The notes under the pieces were generated by a model. It was not told where the DNA came from, searched no databases, and saw only the letters and a program-made list of their open reading frames with translations. The position numbers were made by a program, and so were the translations under genes. This document shows, piece by piece, positions 1 to 10,166 of a stretch of 64,000 nt of DNA (position 1 is its first letter; each line of letters opens with the position of its first letter). This DNA comes from Fibrobacterales bacterium (lineage in GTDB: Bacteria; Fibrobacterota; Fibrobacteria; Fibrobacterales; JAOPTW01), in contig JAOPTX010000034.1 of NCBI GenBank assembly GCA_051532055.1, positions 1 to 64,000 on the forward strand, written 5' to 3'.

Positions 1-231
1 TCAACTCAGCTCTCATAATCTAGTATCGGCATAAAAAACCGCACTATACCTTCATTATCTGATACTTTCGTTAAAAAGGCAAATATCTCTCGTAAAACTG
101 GATAAATATGCGTAATTCTTAATCTCTCAACCTATGCTCAATTTATTTTACTTCGCTACTCACAAAATGCTCAATTGCCTTGCATATTCCCTTTTTTCAG
201 GATATACTCAATAGATGGAAAGGAGGCACAA

Positions 232-1095
232 ATGGCCAAAAAATCAAAAAACACTACACCAATTCTTGCACATCAGAATCCTAATTTTATCGAAAAAAGA
301 GCGGGAAGAACGGTTCGTGTACTTGCAGAGTTTGAATCACCAAGAGAGCAATTCAATAAGTACAATGTAGATCATACAATCGCCTTTTTTGGATCAGCTC
401 GTACCCTTGCAACTCGAGATGTCAATAGTCAACTTAATAAGCTTAAAAAAGCCAATAAAACCAAAACCAAAGAATATAAACGGCTCGAAGGACTCAAAAA
501 AGTTGCCCGCTATTATGATGAGTGCCGTGAGCTCGCTAAAAGAATCTCGATCTGGTCAGAAAAACAGAAAGAGAATTACTGTATTGTTACTGGTGGTGGC
601 CCTGGTATCATGGAAGCAGGAAATAGAGGCGCCCATGATGCAAAAGCACCTAATATCGGTCTCAATATTGAGCTCCCTTTTGAACAGAGTCCCAACCCGT
701 ATATCACCCCAGAGCTTAATCTCAATTTTAACTACTTCTTTATCAGAAAGTACTGGTTCCTCTACCTTGCAAAAGCACTTGTAGCATTTCCAGGTGGCTT
801 TGGTACCATTGATGAACTTTTTGAAACACTCACCCTTATCCAGACAAAAAAAATAATTAAGCCAATCCCAATTATTCTGTATGGCAAAGAGTTTTGGGAT
901 CAGTTAATTAATATTGATTTCCTTGCAGAGACCGCAATGATAAATACAGAAGACCTTGACCTTTTCCACGTAGTCGACTCTGTAGATGAGGCATTTGACA
1001 TTATCACCAGTCAAATCACCAAAAATGCCAAAGAGATGAAAAAAATGATGGAGAATGATGACCTTCCCATAAATCTCTATGGAAAGGGTAATTAG
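232..1095 (+). CDS. LOG family (TIGR00730-type) nucleotide phosphoribohydrolase
   Basis: GGGPGIMEAGNRGA and PGGFGTIDE (PGGxGTxxE) motifs. Start moved to ATG 232, which follows an AAGGAGG SD. Confidence 0.9.
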   Translation: MAKKSKNTTPILAHQNPNFIEKRAGRTVRVLAEFESPREQFNKYNVDHTIAFFGSARTLATRDVNSQLNKLKKANKTKTKEYKRLEGLKKVARYYDECRELAKRISIWSEKQKENYCIVTGGGPGIMEAGNRGAHDAKAPNIGLNIELPFEQSPNPYITPELNLNFNYFFIRKYWFLYLAKALVAFPGGFGTIDELFETLTLIQTKKIIKPIPIILYGKEFWDQLINIDFLAETAMINTEDLDLFHVVDSVDEAFDIITSQITKNAKEMKKMMENDDLPINLYGKGN

Positions 1096-1103
1096 TCTCG
1101 ACT

Positions 1104-1889
1104 ATGTCGGACGTTTCGTTACCAAAGAGCACTATTATCCCTGGAGCGGAGGCATTTGCCTTCGGTTCAGGTAATTCTGCAATACTTTTTATACATGGCT
1201 GGTCTTCGAGCCCTCGTGATTTGAAGTTTCTCGCTGAAAAACTTTCTCCCAGCTTTTATTGTAAAGGGGTACGTCTCAATGGCCATGGGGAAGACACGTA
1301 TACTGCAATGAGTTCCTATACATGGAATGACTATTATACTACAGTGTCGAATGCCTATGATTCATTAAAAAAGGAGTATTCAACGATTTCAGTCATTGGA
1401 CTGAGCTTTGGTGGCGCACTCGCACTACAACTTGCAAAAGAGCGTACGATCAAAAATCTCATACTCATTGCCCCCTTTATTAGAACTCCCAAAATCCCTA
1501 TCCCCTTTATATGTATCAGAGACCTTGTACGAATATTCCCCCCTTTTAATTTTGTATTTACCAAAAACAAGCATAGTGCAATTAGCAACCCCGTTGCCCG
1601 CCAAGAGCACATTACTTATCAAAAAATGCATATTCATGCCCTTAAAGAGCTTTTCAAAGGAGTTAAAGTATTTAGTAGTGATTTAAATGCAATCACTTGC
1701 CCCACACTTTTACTCCATAGTACCAAAGACAAAACAAGCAGCTTTTCTAACTCATATTTTATACTCAAACATTTAAGCTCTCTCGACAAACAACTCAACG
1801 CATTTACCAACAGTAACCACATCATCACTCTCGACTATGAACGAGAAGCCGTAGAAAAGGCAATTTTAAGTTGGTTTTCAACACATTAG
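1104..1889 (+). CDS. alpha/beta-fold carboxylesterase
   Basis: FIHGW oxyanion region, GLSFGG nucleophile elbow, C-terminal catalytic His (NHIITLD). Confidence 0.85.
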   Translation: MSDVSLPKSTIIPGAEAFAFGSGNSAILFIHGWSSSPRDLKFLAEKLSPSFYCKGVRLNGHGEDTYTAMSSYTWNDYYTTVSNAYDSLKKEYSTISVIGLSFGGALALQLAKERTIKNLILIAPFIRTPKIPIPFICIRDLVRIFPPFNFVFTKNKHSAISNPVARQEHITYQKMHIHALKELFKGVKVFSSDLNAITCPTLLLHSTKDKTSSFSNSYFILKHLSSLDKQLNAFTNSNHIITLDYEREAVEKAILSWFSTH

Positions 1890-2010
1890 ATCCATTTTAT
1901 CATCAAATAGGCAAAAAATCATTAAAACTTGTACTTTTTCCTCGGAATTTCCTTCTACTTATTTTTACATTTCTTTTAAACAATAACGCCGTGCTCTATA
2001 AGGACATCTC

Positions 2011-2160
2011 ATGGGTAGAAAAGAGAGAAGAAGCAGACAGAAACAAGCAAAGAATAACCCTCTTAAAAAAGATGCAATTGCTAATCCAAAAGTACTTTGG
2101 GTCATTGCTATCGTTTCAATTTGTCTGGTTGCAGCTACTTTTTATATCCGTAACGCATAG
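2011..2160 (+). CDS. small 49-aa membrane protein (not in the ORF track)
   Basis: AAGGA SD at 2000-2004, ATG at 2011. Translation MGRKERRSRQKQAKNNPLKKDAIANPKVLWVIAIVSICLVAATFYIRNA*: basic N-terminus and one C-terminal TM helix. Confidence 0.65.
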   Translation: MGRKERRSRQKQAKNNPLKKDAIANPKVLWVIAIVSICLVAATFYIRNA

Positions 2161-2334
2161 TTCAACTCTGCAAGAGAACCATAGCTCGCGAAACAGTTAA
2201 ATATACTCCACATTCAGCTCTTATAAGATAGTGCTGAATAGATAAAACTGTATTACTACTCTCAGTTTTTAAGGGGTTAGAGACAATTTATGTCTATATT
2301 TTTAACTACTAAACAATAAAGGTAAAGGCAAGTA

Positions 2335-3444
2335 ATGAAATTTGAAGTTCAACGAAGTGATTTTTTAGATGCTTTGCAGACTGTATCTTATGCAGTACCC
2401 AACAAATCTACTCTGCAGATCCTCAATAACTTTCTTTTGAGACTTGAAGGGAACTTCCTAGAGATTTCAGCAACTGACCTCGACCTCGGAATCAGCGTCA
2501 AGCTCGAAGTTAACGGGTCACAAAATGGTGATATTGTTGTAAATGCAGCAATCCTTCTTAACCTCGTTAAAACTCAAGAAGAGCTCCCCCTTACATTTAC
2601 TGTTTCTGATAACAATGTATCGCTCCAATCTCCTTCTGGATACACCGCGAATATCACAGGTTTTGAGGCATCCGAATTCCCACGCTTCCCTGAGATACAC
2701 TCAGATAAAGAGCTCCATGTTATGAATTCAGAGCTTCAATACCTGAGTGAAAAAACACTCTTTGCCGTATCAAACGACATTACTCGCTTGAGCTTAAACG
2801 GCGTATTCTGCCAACTTGAAGGCGGGAAACTAATCTTTGTTGCAACAGACGGGCATAGACTGGGTAAAGCTTTTATCGAAAAAGAGGGCGAGAATTGGAA
2901 TGCGGGAGTCATTATTCCCCGGAAAACACTCTCCTTTGTTTCTAAAGTACTTCCGGGCGATGCTGAAGTTGATGTAAAGATTGATGAAACACACATCTGC
3001 TTTTCAAATGATAAAGTTCAAGTAGTTTCAAAGCTTATTGAAGGACCCTATCCAAATTATCAGAATGTAATTCCTGCTGAATTTACTAAAACCTGTACCT
3101 TTGATCGCATGGATTCAATTGCAAAAATCAACCGACAGGCTGCTCTCGCAAATGCGCGTACGCGTCAAATTAAAATGCATTTCGAGTCTGAACAACTCAC
3201 TTTTTCAACATCAAACCAAGACGTTGGTGGTAATTCAGACGAATCACTTCTCGTAACATTTGAAGGTGAAGTACCTTTTGACATTGGTATCAATGCTAAC
3301 TATCTTCTAGAGATCATCAAAATGTGCCCTTCTGATCAGGTGATTGTTAAAATGAACACTGCCGTAGGTGCAACAATAATTGAGCCCGTTGGCGATGGAC
3401 TTGACTTTTTCTTCCTTCTCATGCCGCTCCGTTTAACAGAGTAA
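2335..3444 (+). CDS. dnaN: DNA polymerase III beta sliding clamp
   Basis: SATDLD, VATDGHRL, LIEGPYPNY and C-terminal LLMPLR motifs; 369 aa. Confidence 0.97.
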   Translation: MKFEVQRSDFLDALQTVSYAVPNKSTLQILNNFLLRLEGNFLEISATDLDLGISVKLEVNGSQNGDIVVNAAILLNLVKTQEELPLTFTVSDNNVSLQSPSGYTANITGFEASEFPRFPEIHSDKELHVMNSELQYLSEKTLFAVSNDITRLSLNGVFCQLEGGKLIFVATDGHRLGKAFIEKEGENWNAGVIIPRKTLSFVSKVLPGDAEVDVKIDETHICFSNDKVQVVSKLIEGPYPNYQNVIPAEFTKTCTFDRMDSIAKINRQAALANARTRQIKMHFESEQLTFSTSNQDVGGNSDESLLVTFEGEVPFDIGINANYLLEIIKMCPSDQVIVKMNTAVGATIIEPVGDGLDFFFLLMPLRLTE

Positions 3445-3445
3445 T

Positions 3446-4681
3446 ATGGATCGAACTCGTTTTTCACTTATATTTAAGAGTACAACGACTGCGGTCTTTG
3501 TACTCTCAACCTTATTAAGTGCCCATAAAACGGACAACAATCTCTACGGTTTTGACGCAATATCACTTGGTGGTGGCGGTCGAGCACTTGACCTAGAGAC
3601 CTCAACAAACTCAGGGAACCCTGCTCCACTTTCCACTAAACACACTGACACTTTTGAGTCAGGTATGTCAGGATTTGGAGTAGACCCTTATTACTACCTA
3701 TCCTGGATGCGTGCTGTTAGTGAAAATAGCGCAATGAATCTTGCCTACACTATAGACCCTCTTCTCGATTTTGAAGTGCAGACCATCTCCTTTGCAATTT
3801 CCTTAGCTCCTCTAAAAAAGATTTCTATAGGTTTTTCCGGAATTGGTCGTCGGTCAGAGCAAGAAGAATTTTCGATGGATTTTTCAGCCGGTATTCAATA
3901 TCGACACAACAATTTTCTGAAGTTTGCACTCGATTCCCGCTCAATCTTCGAAACTCTTGACAGCACCAAAAGCAACCCCGACATTACTCGATCATTTGGA
4001 CTCGGGAGTGCAGTACACCTTGGCAAAACAAGAACCTATGCCCTCATTGATGTAGAAACCCATTCACTCACCCTTAAAAACCCAATTACTACTTTGGGGC
4101 TTGGTACAATAGCAGGCACCAATGACAACCTAAAAGTACAAGGCGGCATTGCGCTTTTCAATCGCGACTCTCAATTGAATGCTTCACTTGCTTTCGGACT
4201 CAAAATGCAGGAACGGTTTTTCAATACCCTTATTAGTACTCATTATGCCATCAAAGATGTCGCGGTCACAGGGCAAAACTTTAAATCGATGTCACATACT
4301 ATTGGCTTTGGAATGGTTCTTGACGCTTTTATCGACACTGACCTTCCCGCTATATCTGCACAGCTAGACCGCAGCATTTTATTGCTCACCCCAACAGACC
4401 CTACAACACGGGGAATACATTTCCAACTTAAAGCAAGTGATCTTTCGAGTAACCTCAAAGAGTGGTACTTAGTTATTTGCACTGTCAGCAATGACTTTTC
4501 AGCCAAAGAAGCTGTTAAAAGTTTTAGCGGCCGTGGCATCCCCCCAAAGACTATCCAGTGGGAAGGGAGAGGGGATGACAATGAACGCCTCCCCAGAGGC
4601 TACTACACCTATCGATTTATTGTCACCGATACTGCAGAAAACGTCAACTCAACCAAATGGCAGTTGCTGGAAATACAATAG
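3446..4681 (+). CDS. exported protein: PorV/FadL-like beta-barrel region plus C-terminal FlgD-type Ig domain
   Basis: Signal peptide, AISLGGG...NPAPL N-terminal plug-like segment, amphipathic beta strands, then IQWEGRGDDNERLPRGYYTYRFIVTD (FlgD-Ig-like WDGxD..G.Y.Y). Confidence 0.55.
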   Translation: MDRTRFSLIFKSTTTAVFVLSTLLSAHKTDNNLYGFDAISLGGGGRALDLETSTNSGNPAPLSTKHTDTFESGMSGFGVDPYYYLSWMRAVSENSAMNLAYTIDPLLDFEVQTISFAISLAPLKKISIGFSGIGRRSEQEEFSMDFSAGIQYRHNNFLKFALDSRSIFETLDSTKSNPDITRSFGLGSAVHLGKTRTYALIDVETHSLTLKNPITTLGLGTIAGTNDNLKVQGGIALFNRDSQLNASLAFGLKMQERFFNTLISTHYAIKDVAVTGQNFKSMSHTIGFGMVLDAFIDTDLPAISAQLDRSILLLTPTDPTTRGIHFQLKASDLSSNLKEWYLVICTVSNDFSAKEAVKSFSGRGIPPKTIQWEGRGDDNERLPRGYYTYRFIVTDTAENVNSTKWQLLEIQ

Positions 4682-4690
4682 CGAGTCCTT

Positions 4691-5776
4691 ATGTATATCG
4701 AGCGGTTATCCCTCACTCAATTTAGAAATTACTCATCAGTAACAGTTCCTCTGACCCGTGGTATTAACACCATTATTGGCCCCAATGGGCAGGGTAAAAC
4801 GAATCTTCTTGAGGCGCTCTACACCGTCACACAAGGCCACTCCTTTCGCACCTCGAAAATCCTAGAATGCATTGGCTGGGATGAACCGCACTGTGTTGTG
4901 AGAGCAGAAGGGTTTGTGGGTAACCGCGCTCTAGCGCAATCCTATAAACTAACCACTAAAAACAAAAAGCAAGTTAAGGTGAACAATCAAGAGTCAGCCC
5001 AACTTTCACAGCTTATTGGATCCTTTTGTGTTATACCAATAGTCAGTAACGATATCGAGATGGTTCAAGGGGCCCCTACACACCGACGGAAATTTATGGA
5101 TTCAGTGATATCACAACACTCTCTTCCGTTTTTACAAACTCTCAAGGATTATAATCGAACTCTGAAACAGCGTAACGCCCTTCTCAAAACAGAGCGAGAG
5201 CGAACCCCTTTATGGGAAACGTTGACTGAACAACTCGTTAAACTAGGCAGCGAAGTTATTCTTACCCGAAAGAGATTTATCGACACCCTCTCCCCTACTT
5301 GTAGTGGATTTTATGAAACAGTATCTGGCGCTGCAGAAGAACTTACACTAGGATATCATACATCAATTACCCAAGACATTGATGAAGAGTCACTCAAACA
5401 ACTCTTTTTTGATAAACTCACTGCAAAATCTCGAGTTGAATTTGAACTAGGCAGCACGCTTTATGGCCCCCACAAGGATGACCTCACCCTTCAGCTGAAT
5501 GGACATGACGCTCGGAATTTCGGTTCCCAAGGGCAATGTCGATCCATTGCTCTAACGTTGAGATTTGCAGCCGCCCACATGCTCGAAGACCGCGTTGGAG
5601 AGGCACCTATACTTCTTTTAGATGACATTTTTGCAGAACTTGACAATAATCGGCGCCTCGCTGTGGGTGAATTAATATCTCACCACGCTCAGGTTCTTGT
5701 TGCCACCCCACACAGAGAAGATCTTCCATTCGCCACTGATAGCGTTATCGAAATAGCCAAAGGAGACCTCGCATGA
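4691..5776 (+). CDS. recF: DNA replication/repair protein RecF
   Basis: GPNGQGKTNLLEA Walker A, GPHKDDL, GSQGQCRS, LLLDDIFAELD. Confidence 0.96.
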   Translation: MYIERLSLTQFRNYSSVTVPLTRGINTIIGPNGQGKTNLLEALYTVTQGHSFRTSKILECIGWDEPHCVVRAEGFVGNRALAQSYKLTTKNKKQVKVNNQESAQLSQLIGSFCVIPIVSNDIEMVQGAPTHRRKFMDSVISQHSLPFLQTLKDYNRTLKQRNALLKTERERTPLWETLTEQLVKLGSEVILTRKRFIDTLSPTCSGFYETVSGAAEELTLGYHTSITQDIDEESLKQLFFDKLTAKSRVEFELGSTLYGPHKDDLTLQLNGHDARNFGSQGQCRSIALTLRFAAAHMLEDRVGEAPILLLDDIFAELDNNRRLAVGELISHHAQVLVATPHREDLPFATDSVIEIAKGDLA

Positions 5777-6069
5777 TGCGAAAAAAGCAAACAATGCACC
5801 CCGTTTCGGGAATAATAGGCAAAGTTCTTAAAGACCCTGCATTTTCTGGGGTAAAATCTGACACTCTCGTTAGAGACAACTGGAGTCGTATTTTAGGGCC
5901 TCAATTAAGCGCGTCCATAGCCTTTATTGGACTTCAAGGTGAGACTATTTTGATTTCTGGCAGTTCTACAGCGAGCAAAAATGAGTTTATATTTATGCAA
6001 TCCGATATACTGGATAAAATCAGAGTCCTTATTGCACCAACAGAGGTAAACGCCTTCAAATTTTTCTAA
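5773..6069 (+). CDS. dciA: DUF721/DciA family helicase loader
   Basis: About 98 aa, W..ILG..L pattern, in the canonical slot between recF and gyrB, overlapping the recF stop. Confidence 0.6.
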   Translation: MMRKKQTMHPVSGIIGKVLKDPAFSGVKSDTLVRDNWSRILGPQLSASIAFIGLQGETILISGSSTASKNEFIFMQSDILDKIRVLIAPTEVNAFKFF

Positions 6070-6199
6070 GGGAAACCAATCCATTCGCCCCCAGTCAGCT
6101 CCCATTTTAGGGCAAAAAATGGTGATTTAATGGTAATTTCCAGTTAGATTCACGCCAATTTTTACTACTTTTAGATGGTCTTAGTTTTAAGGATTTTAG

Positions 6200-8134
6200 A
6201 TGTCTCAAGAAAATTATAGTGGAAGTAATATCAGTGTTCTCGAAGGGCTTGAAGCAGTTCGAAAACGTCCGGCTATGTACATTGGATCAACCGACGGCCG
6301 CGGCATTCACCACCTTGTGTGGGAAGTTGTCGACAACTCGGTGGACGAAGCCCTTGCAGGATTCTGTACCGATATCGATGTAGTCATAACCAAAGAAAAT
6401 GGTATTACTGTCCGAGATAATGGACGAGGAATCCCTACAGACTATCACCCTACTGAAAAAATGGGCACACTCGAAGTAGTGATGACTAAACTACACGCTG
6501 GTGGTAAATTTGATAGTGACACCTATAAAGTGTCTGCTGGACTCCACGGTGTGGGTGTCAGTTGTGTCAATGCACTCTCAGCACATGTTATCGTTGATGT
6601 ACACCGCGGTGGAAAAATTGTACACCAAGAATTTAGAAGAGGTGAACCACAAGGTGATCAAGTCGAACTTGGCGAAACGGACCTCAACGGAACCCACCTT
6701 ACCTTTTTCCCTGACCCAGAAATTTTTACAGAGCTTGAATTTCACTTTGATACTCTCGCTGCTCGCTTAAGAGAGCTTGCATTCCTCAATGACGGCCTTC
6801 GTTTTGTACTCACTGACCTTCGCGATGACGCTGCAGATGAAGAAGGAAACCCACGTACAGAAAACTTTTATTACCCAGGTGGCATCGCTGCATTTGTTGA
6901 GTATCTTGACCAAAATAAAAAACCTCTCTTTGAGAAACCTATACACATCATGAAAGAAGAGGGCGCGTGTCCTGTTGAGATCGCACTTCAATACAATGAG
7001 TCTTACCAAGAAAACCTCATGTCTTTTGTAAATAACGTGAATACCCACGAAGGGGGAACACACGTATCAGGTTTTAAAGCAGCTCTTACTCGTGCTATTA
7101 ATAAATTTGCTGGCGACCACCTTGCTAAAGGGAAAAAAGATGTCAGCCTTACCGGTGAAGACATCCGAGAGGGACTCACTGTAATCATCTCTATTAAATT
7201 AGCTGAGCCACAGTTTGAAGGTCAAACCAAACGTAAACTTGGTAATGCTGAAGTGAAAGGACTTGTTGAACAAGTTACTGGAGATATGCTCAACGAACTT
7301 TTTGAAGAGCAACCGGCCATCATTAAAAAAATAGTAGAAAAAGTATACTATGCTGCAATCGCTCGCGAAGCAGCTCGTAAAGCAAAACAACTTGCACGAC
7401 GTAAAAATGTTCTCGAAGGCGGTGGCCTTCCAGGAAAACTTGCTGACTGTTCAAGTAGAAATGCAGAAATATGCGAACTCTTCATTGTGGAAGGTGACTC
7501 AGCGGGTGGATCGGCAAAACAGGGCCGTGATAGAGAATTCCAAGCAATTCTCCCTCTTAAGGGTAAAATCTTAAATGTTGAAAAATCTCGCATAGATAAA
7601 ATTCTGGGTAATGAAGAGATCAACACTATCATATCTGCACTTGGGTGTGGCATTGGCGATGAAGACTTCAATCTTGATAAACTTCGTTATCACAAAATTA
7701 TCATTATGACGGATGCTGACGTCGATGGATCACACATTCAAACACTGTTACTCACATTCTTTTTCCGCCACATGAGACCTCTCATAGAAACGGGTATGCT
7801 CTACATGGCACAACCACCACTCTATAAGATTAAGGCGGGACGATTTGAGAAATATGTCTATAGTGACGAAGAGAAAGATTCAGTAGTTGCAGAGCTTGGC
7901 GTAGATGTCAAAGGTTTGTATGTACAGCGGTACAAAGGTCTTGGTGAGATGAATCCTGAGCAACTTGCCAATACGACTATGGAACCAGATAGTCGTATGC
8001 TCAAACAGATTACCATGGAAGATTATGTCGCCACTGACTTAATCTTTACCATGCTTATGGGTGATGAAGTTCCCCCACGTAGAAAATTTATTGAAGATAA
8101 TGCGCATCTTATTCTTGATAAGATTGATGTTTAA
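6200..8134 (+). CDS. gyrB: DNA gyrase subunit B (short type, 644 aa)
   Basis: LEAVRKRPAMYIG, EVVDNSVDE, LHAGGKF, VEGDSAGGSAKQ, MTDADVDG, RYKGLGEMNP. Confidence 0.97.
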   Translation: MSQENYSGSNISVLEGLEAVRKRPAMYIGSTDGRGIHHLVWEVVDNSVDEALAGFCTDIDVVITKENGITVRDNGRGIPTDYHPTEKMGTLEVVMTKLHAGGKFDSDTYKVSAGLHGVGVSCVNALSAHVIVDVHRGGKIVHQEFRRGEPQGDQVELGETDLNGTHLTFFPDPEIFTELEFHFDTLAARLRELAFLNDGLRFVLTDLRDDAADEEGNPRTENFYYPGGIAAFVEYLDQNKKPLFEKPIHIMKEEGACPVEIALQYNESYQENLMSFVNNVNTHEGGTHVSGFKAALTRAINKFAGDHLAKGKKDVSLTGEDIREGLTVIISIKLAEPQFEGQTKRKLGNAEVKGLVEQVTGDMLNELFEEQPAIIKKIVEKVYYAAIAREAARKAKQLARRKNVLEGGGLPGKLADCSSRNAEICELFIVEGDSAGGSAKQGRDREFQAILPLKGKILNVEKSRIDKILGNEEINTIISALGCGIGDEDFNLDKLRYHKIIIMTDADVDGSHIQTLLLTFFFRHMRPLIETGMLYMAQPPLYKIKAGRFEKYVYSDEEKDSVVAELGVDVKGLYVQRYKGLGEMNPEQLANTTMEPDSRMLKQITMEDYVATDLIFTMLMGDEVPPRRKFIEDNAHLILDKIDV

Positions 8135-8176
8135 CAAAACCGCCGCTGGTTGAGATACCGGGGGCAAGTTGGAAAT

Positions 8177-9460
8177 ATGCCAAATAGAGTAATAATCGGT
8201 TCGCAATGGGGCGACGAAGGGAAAGCAAAAGTAGTAGACTTTCTCACATTTGAAGCAGATATCATTGTCCGCTTTCAAGGTGGTGCAAATGCAGGCCACA
8301 CAGTTTTAGTTGGGGATCAGGAATTTGTATTTCACCTCATTCCATCTGGGATCATGCATGAAGATAAAGTATGTGTCATCGGCAACGGTGTGGTACTCGA
8401 TCCAAAGCAAATGTTAATTGAACTGGAAGATATCAGACAAAAAGGTATCAATCCAGATGGTCGATTCAAAATTGCAGATAATGCCCATGTGGTCCTCCCC
8501 TTTCATACCAAACTCGACCAATTAAAAGAGATCGCAGCTGGTAAAAATGCCATCGGAACAACCGGACGTGGCATTGGTCCTTGTTATAGTGACAAAGTAA
8601 ACCGCCTTGGTCTTCGTGTGGGAGAGCTTCTGGACAAAGAAGGTCTTGCTGAAAAAATTAATGCTATTGCAGATGTAAAAAATGAGCAGTTTAAAGTTCT
8701 GTATAACGCAGAACCACTCGACCCGGCAGCAATTGTCGAAGAGTATTATGACTATGGTCAACAACTCAAAGCATTTATTTGCGATACCAGTACCTACCTC
8801 AACCAAGAGTGGAAAAAAGGTGGACAAATCATTTTTGAAGGTGCACAAGGTACTATTCTTGACGTGGACCATGGCACATACCCTTATGTAACTTCATCAA
8901 ATACAGTATCAGGTTCTGCATGTTGCGGTTCTGGGATTGGCCCTACTGCTATTGACCAGGTTATTGGAGTTGTAAAGGCCTATACAACACGTGTAGGTAA
9001 TGGACCATTCCCAACAGAGCTCAATGATGATAATGGACAACGTCTTGGTGAAATTGGACATGAATTTGGTGCAACGACTGGTAGACAACGTCGCTGTGGT
9101 TGGTTTGATGCTCCCGTTGTAAGAAAAGCAGCTCAAATCAATGGCTTAACTCATCTTGCTATCACTAAACTCGATGTACTTGACACATTTGATACTATTA
9201 AAATATGTACAGACTACGAATTAGACGGTGAAACACTCACTGTGATGCCAAACCAACTCACTAAAGTATCACTGGCTAAACCAGTATATATAGAGGTTGA
9301 AGGGTGGAACTGCGACACAACAGAATGTAAAACCTGGGATGCGTTACCCGAGAATGCAAAGAAGTATCTCGTAACCCTTTCAGAACTCATAGATGTAAAA
9401 ATTGGTATGGTCTCTGTCGGTCCGCGCCGTGATCAGAGCATTACTGTAGACCTTAAATAA
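8177..9460 (+). CDS. purA: adenylosuccinate synthetase
   Basis: QWGDEGKAK, GGANAGHT, GATTGRQRRCGW, TKLDVLD. Start moved to ATG 8177 (MPNRVII). Confidence 0.97.
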   Translation: MPNRVIIGSQWGDEGKAKVVDFLTFEADIIVRFQGGANAGHTVLVGDQEFVFHLIPSGIMHEDKVCVIGNGVVLDPKQMLIELEDIRQKGINPDGRFKIADNAHVVLPFHTKLDQLKEIAAGKNAIGTTGRGIGPCYSDKVNRLGLRVGELLDKEGLAEKINAIADVKNEQFKVLYNAEPLDPAAIVEEYYDYGQQLKAFICDTSTYLNQEWKKGGQIIFEGAQGTILDVDHGTYPYVTSSNTVSGSACCGSGIGPTAIDQVIGVVKAYTTRVGNGPFPTELNDDNGQRLGEIGHEFGATTGRQRRCGWFDAPVVRKAAQINGLTHLAITKLDVLDTFDTIKICTDYELDGETLTVMPNQLTKVSLAKPVYIEVEGWNCDTTECKTWDALPENAKKYLVTLSELIDVKIGMVSVGPRRDQSITVDLK

Positions 9461-9470
9461 AGAGGCGTAC

Positions 9471-10166
9471 ATGATTAAAGACAAGCTGGAACTACTCAAA
9501 GGGGTCGATCTTTTTTCGTCCCTTGATAATGCACAGCTCGCACTAATTTCCGAATTGGTGCTTTCACGATCATATAAGAAAGACGAGAATATCATTCTTG
9601 AGGATGACTCTGAAGATCAAGCTCTTTTTATTATTGTAGATGGAGACGTCAAAGTCTACATCTCAGGGCTTGATGGCAGGGAAACCATTCTCGCAATGCT
9701 TGGTACAGGAGACTTTTTTGGTGAGATGTCCCTTATTGATGGTGAACCACGGTCCGCATCGGTTAAGTCTGTCACTAATACTGAGATTCTTGTGCTCCGC
9801 CGTTCTGACTTTAGAGAAGAGATGGTAAAATTTCCTGATCTCGCAATGTCACTTCTCGAGGAGATGTCGCGTCGATTAAGAAAATCAAACAAACAAGTTG
9901 GTTCTCTTTCACTCATGACGGTATATGGTCGTATAGCAGCGACAATTCTAAACCTTATGGAAGAGAAAGGTGTACGAATACATGCCCAAAATGGCCAAAT
10001 GATAGTAGCGATTAAGAACAAGCCAACTCAACAGCAACTTGCCGAAATGTCAGGTACCACTCGTGAAAGTGTTTCTCGAGTATTAAAAACCCTTCAGAAG
10101 AAAGGTTGCATAAGTGTTGCCGGTAAAGATCTGCTTATTTTACAAGAAGAAGAATTGAGATCATAG
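9471..10166 (+). CDS. crp: Crp/Fnr-family regulator, cAMP-receptor type
   Basis: cNMP pocket FFGEMSL...PRSASV; HTH TQQQLAEMSGTTRESVSR with the R-E-x-x-x-R recognition helix; no FNR Cys cluster. Confidence 0.85.
   Translation: MIKDKLELLKGVDLFSSLDNAQLALISELVLSRSYKKDENIILEDDSEDQALFIIVDGDVKVYISGLDGRETILAMLGTGDFFGEMSLIDGEPRSASVKSVTNTEILVLRRSDFREEMVKFPDLAMSLLEEMSRRLRKSNKQVGSLSLMTVYGRIAATILNLMEEKGVRIHAQNGQMIVAIKNKPTQQQLAEMSGTTRESVSRVLKTLQKKGCISVAGKDLLILQEEELRS

Noticed and set aside
1871..2200. 109-aa ORF from the track
   Set aside because: TTG start overlapping the esterase end with no SD; the 2011-2160 frame has an SD and a coherent protein.
1890..2334. oriC upstream of dnaN
   Set aside because: No DnaA-box cluster or dnaA gene; the gap is largely explained by a small ORF and promoter elements.
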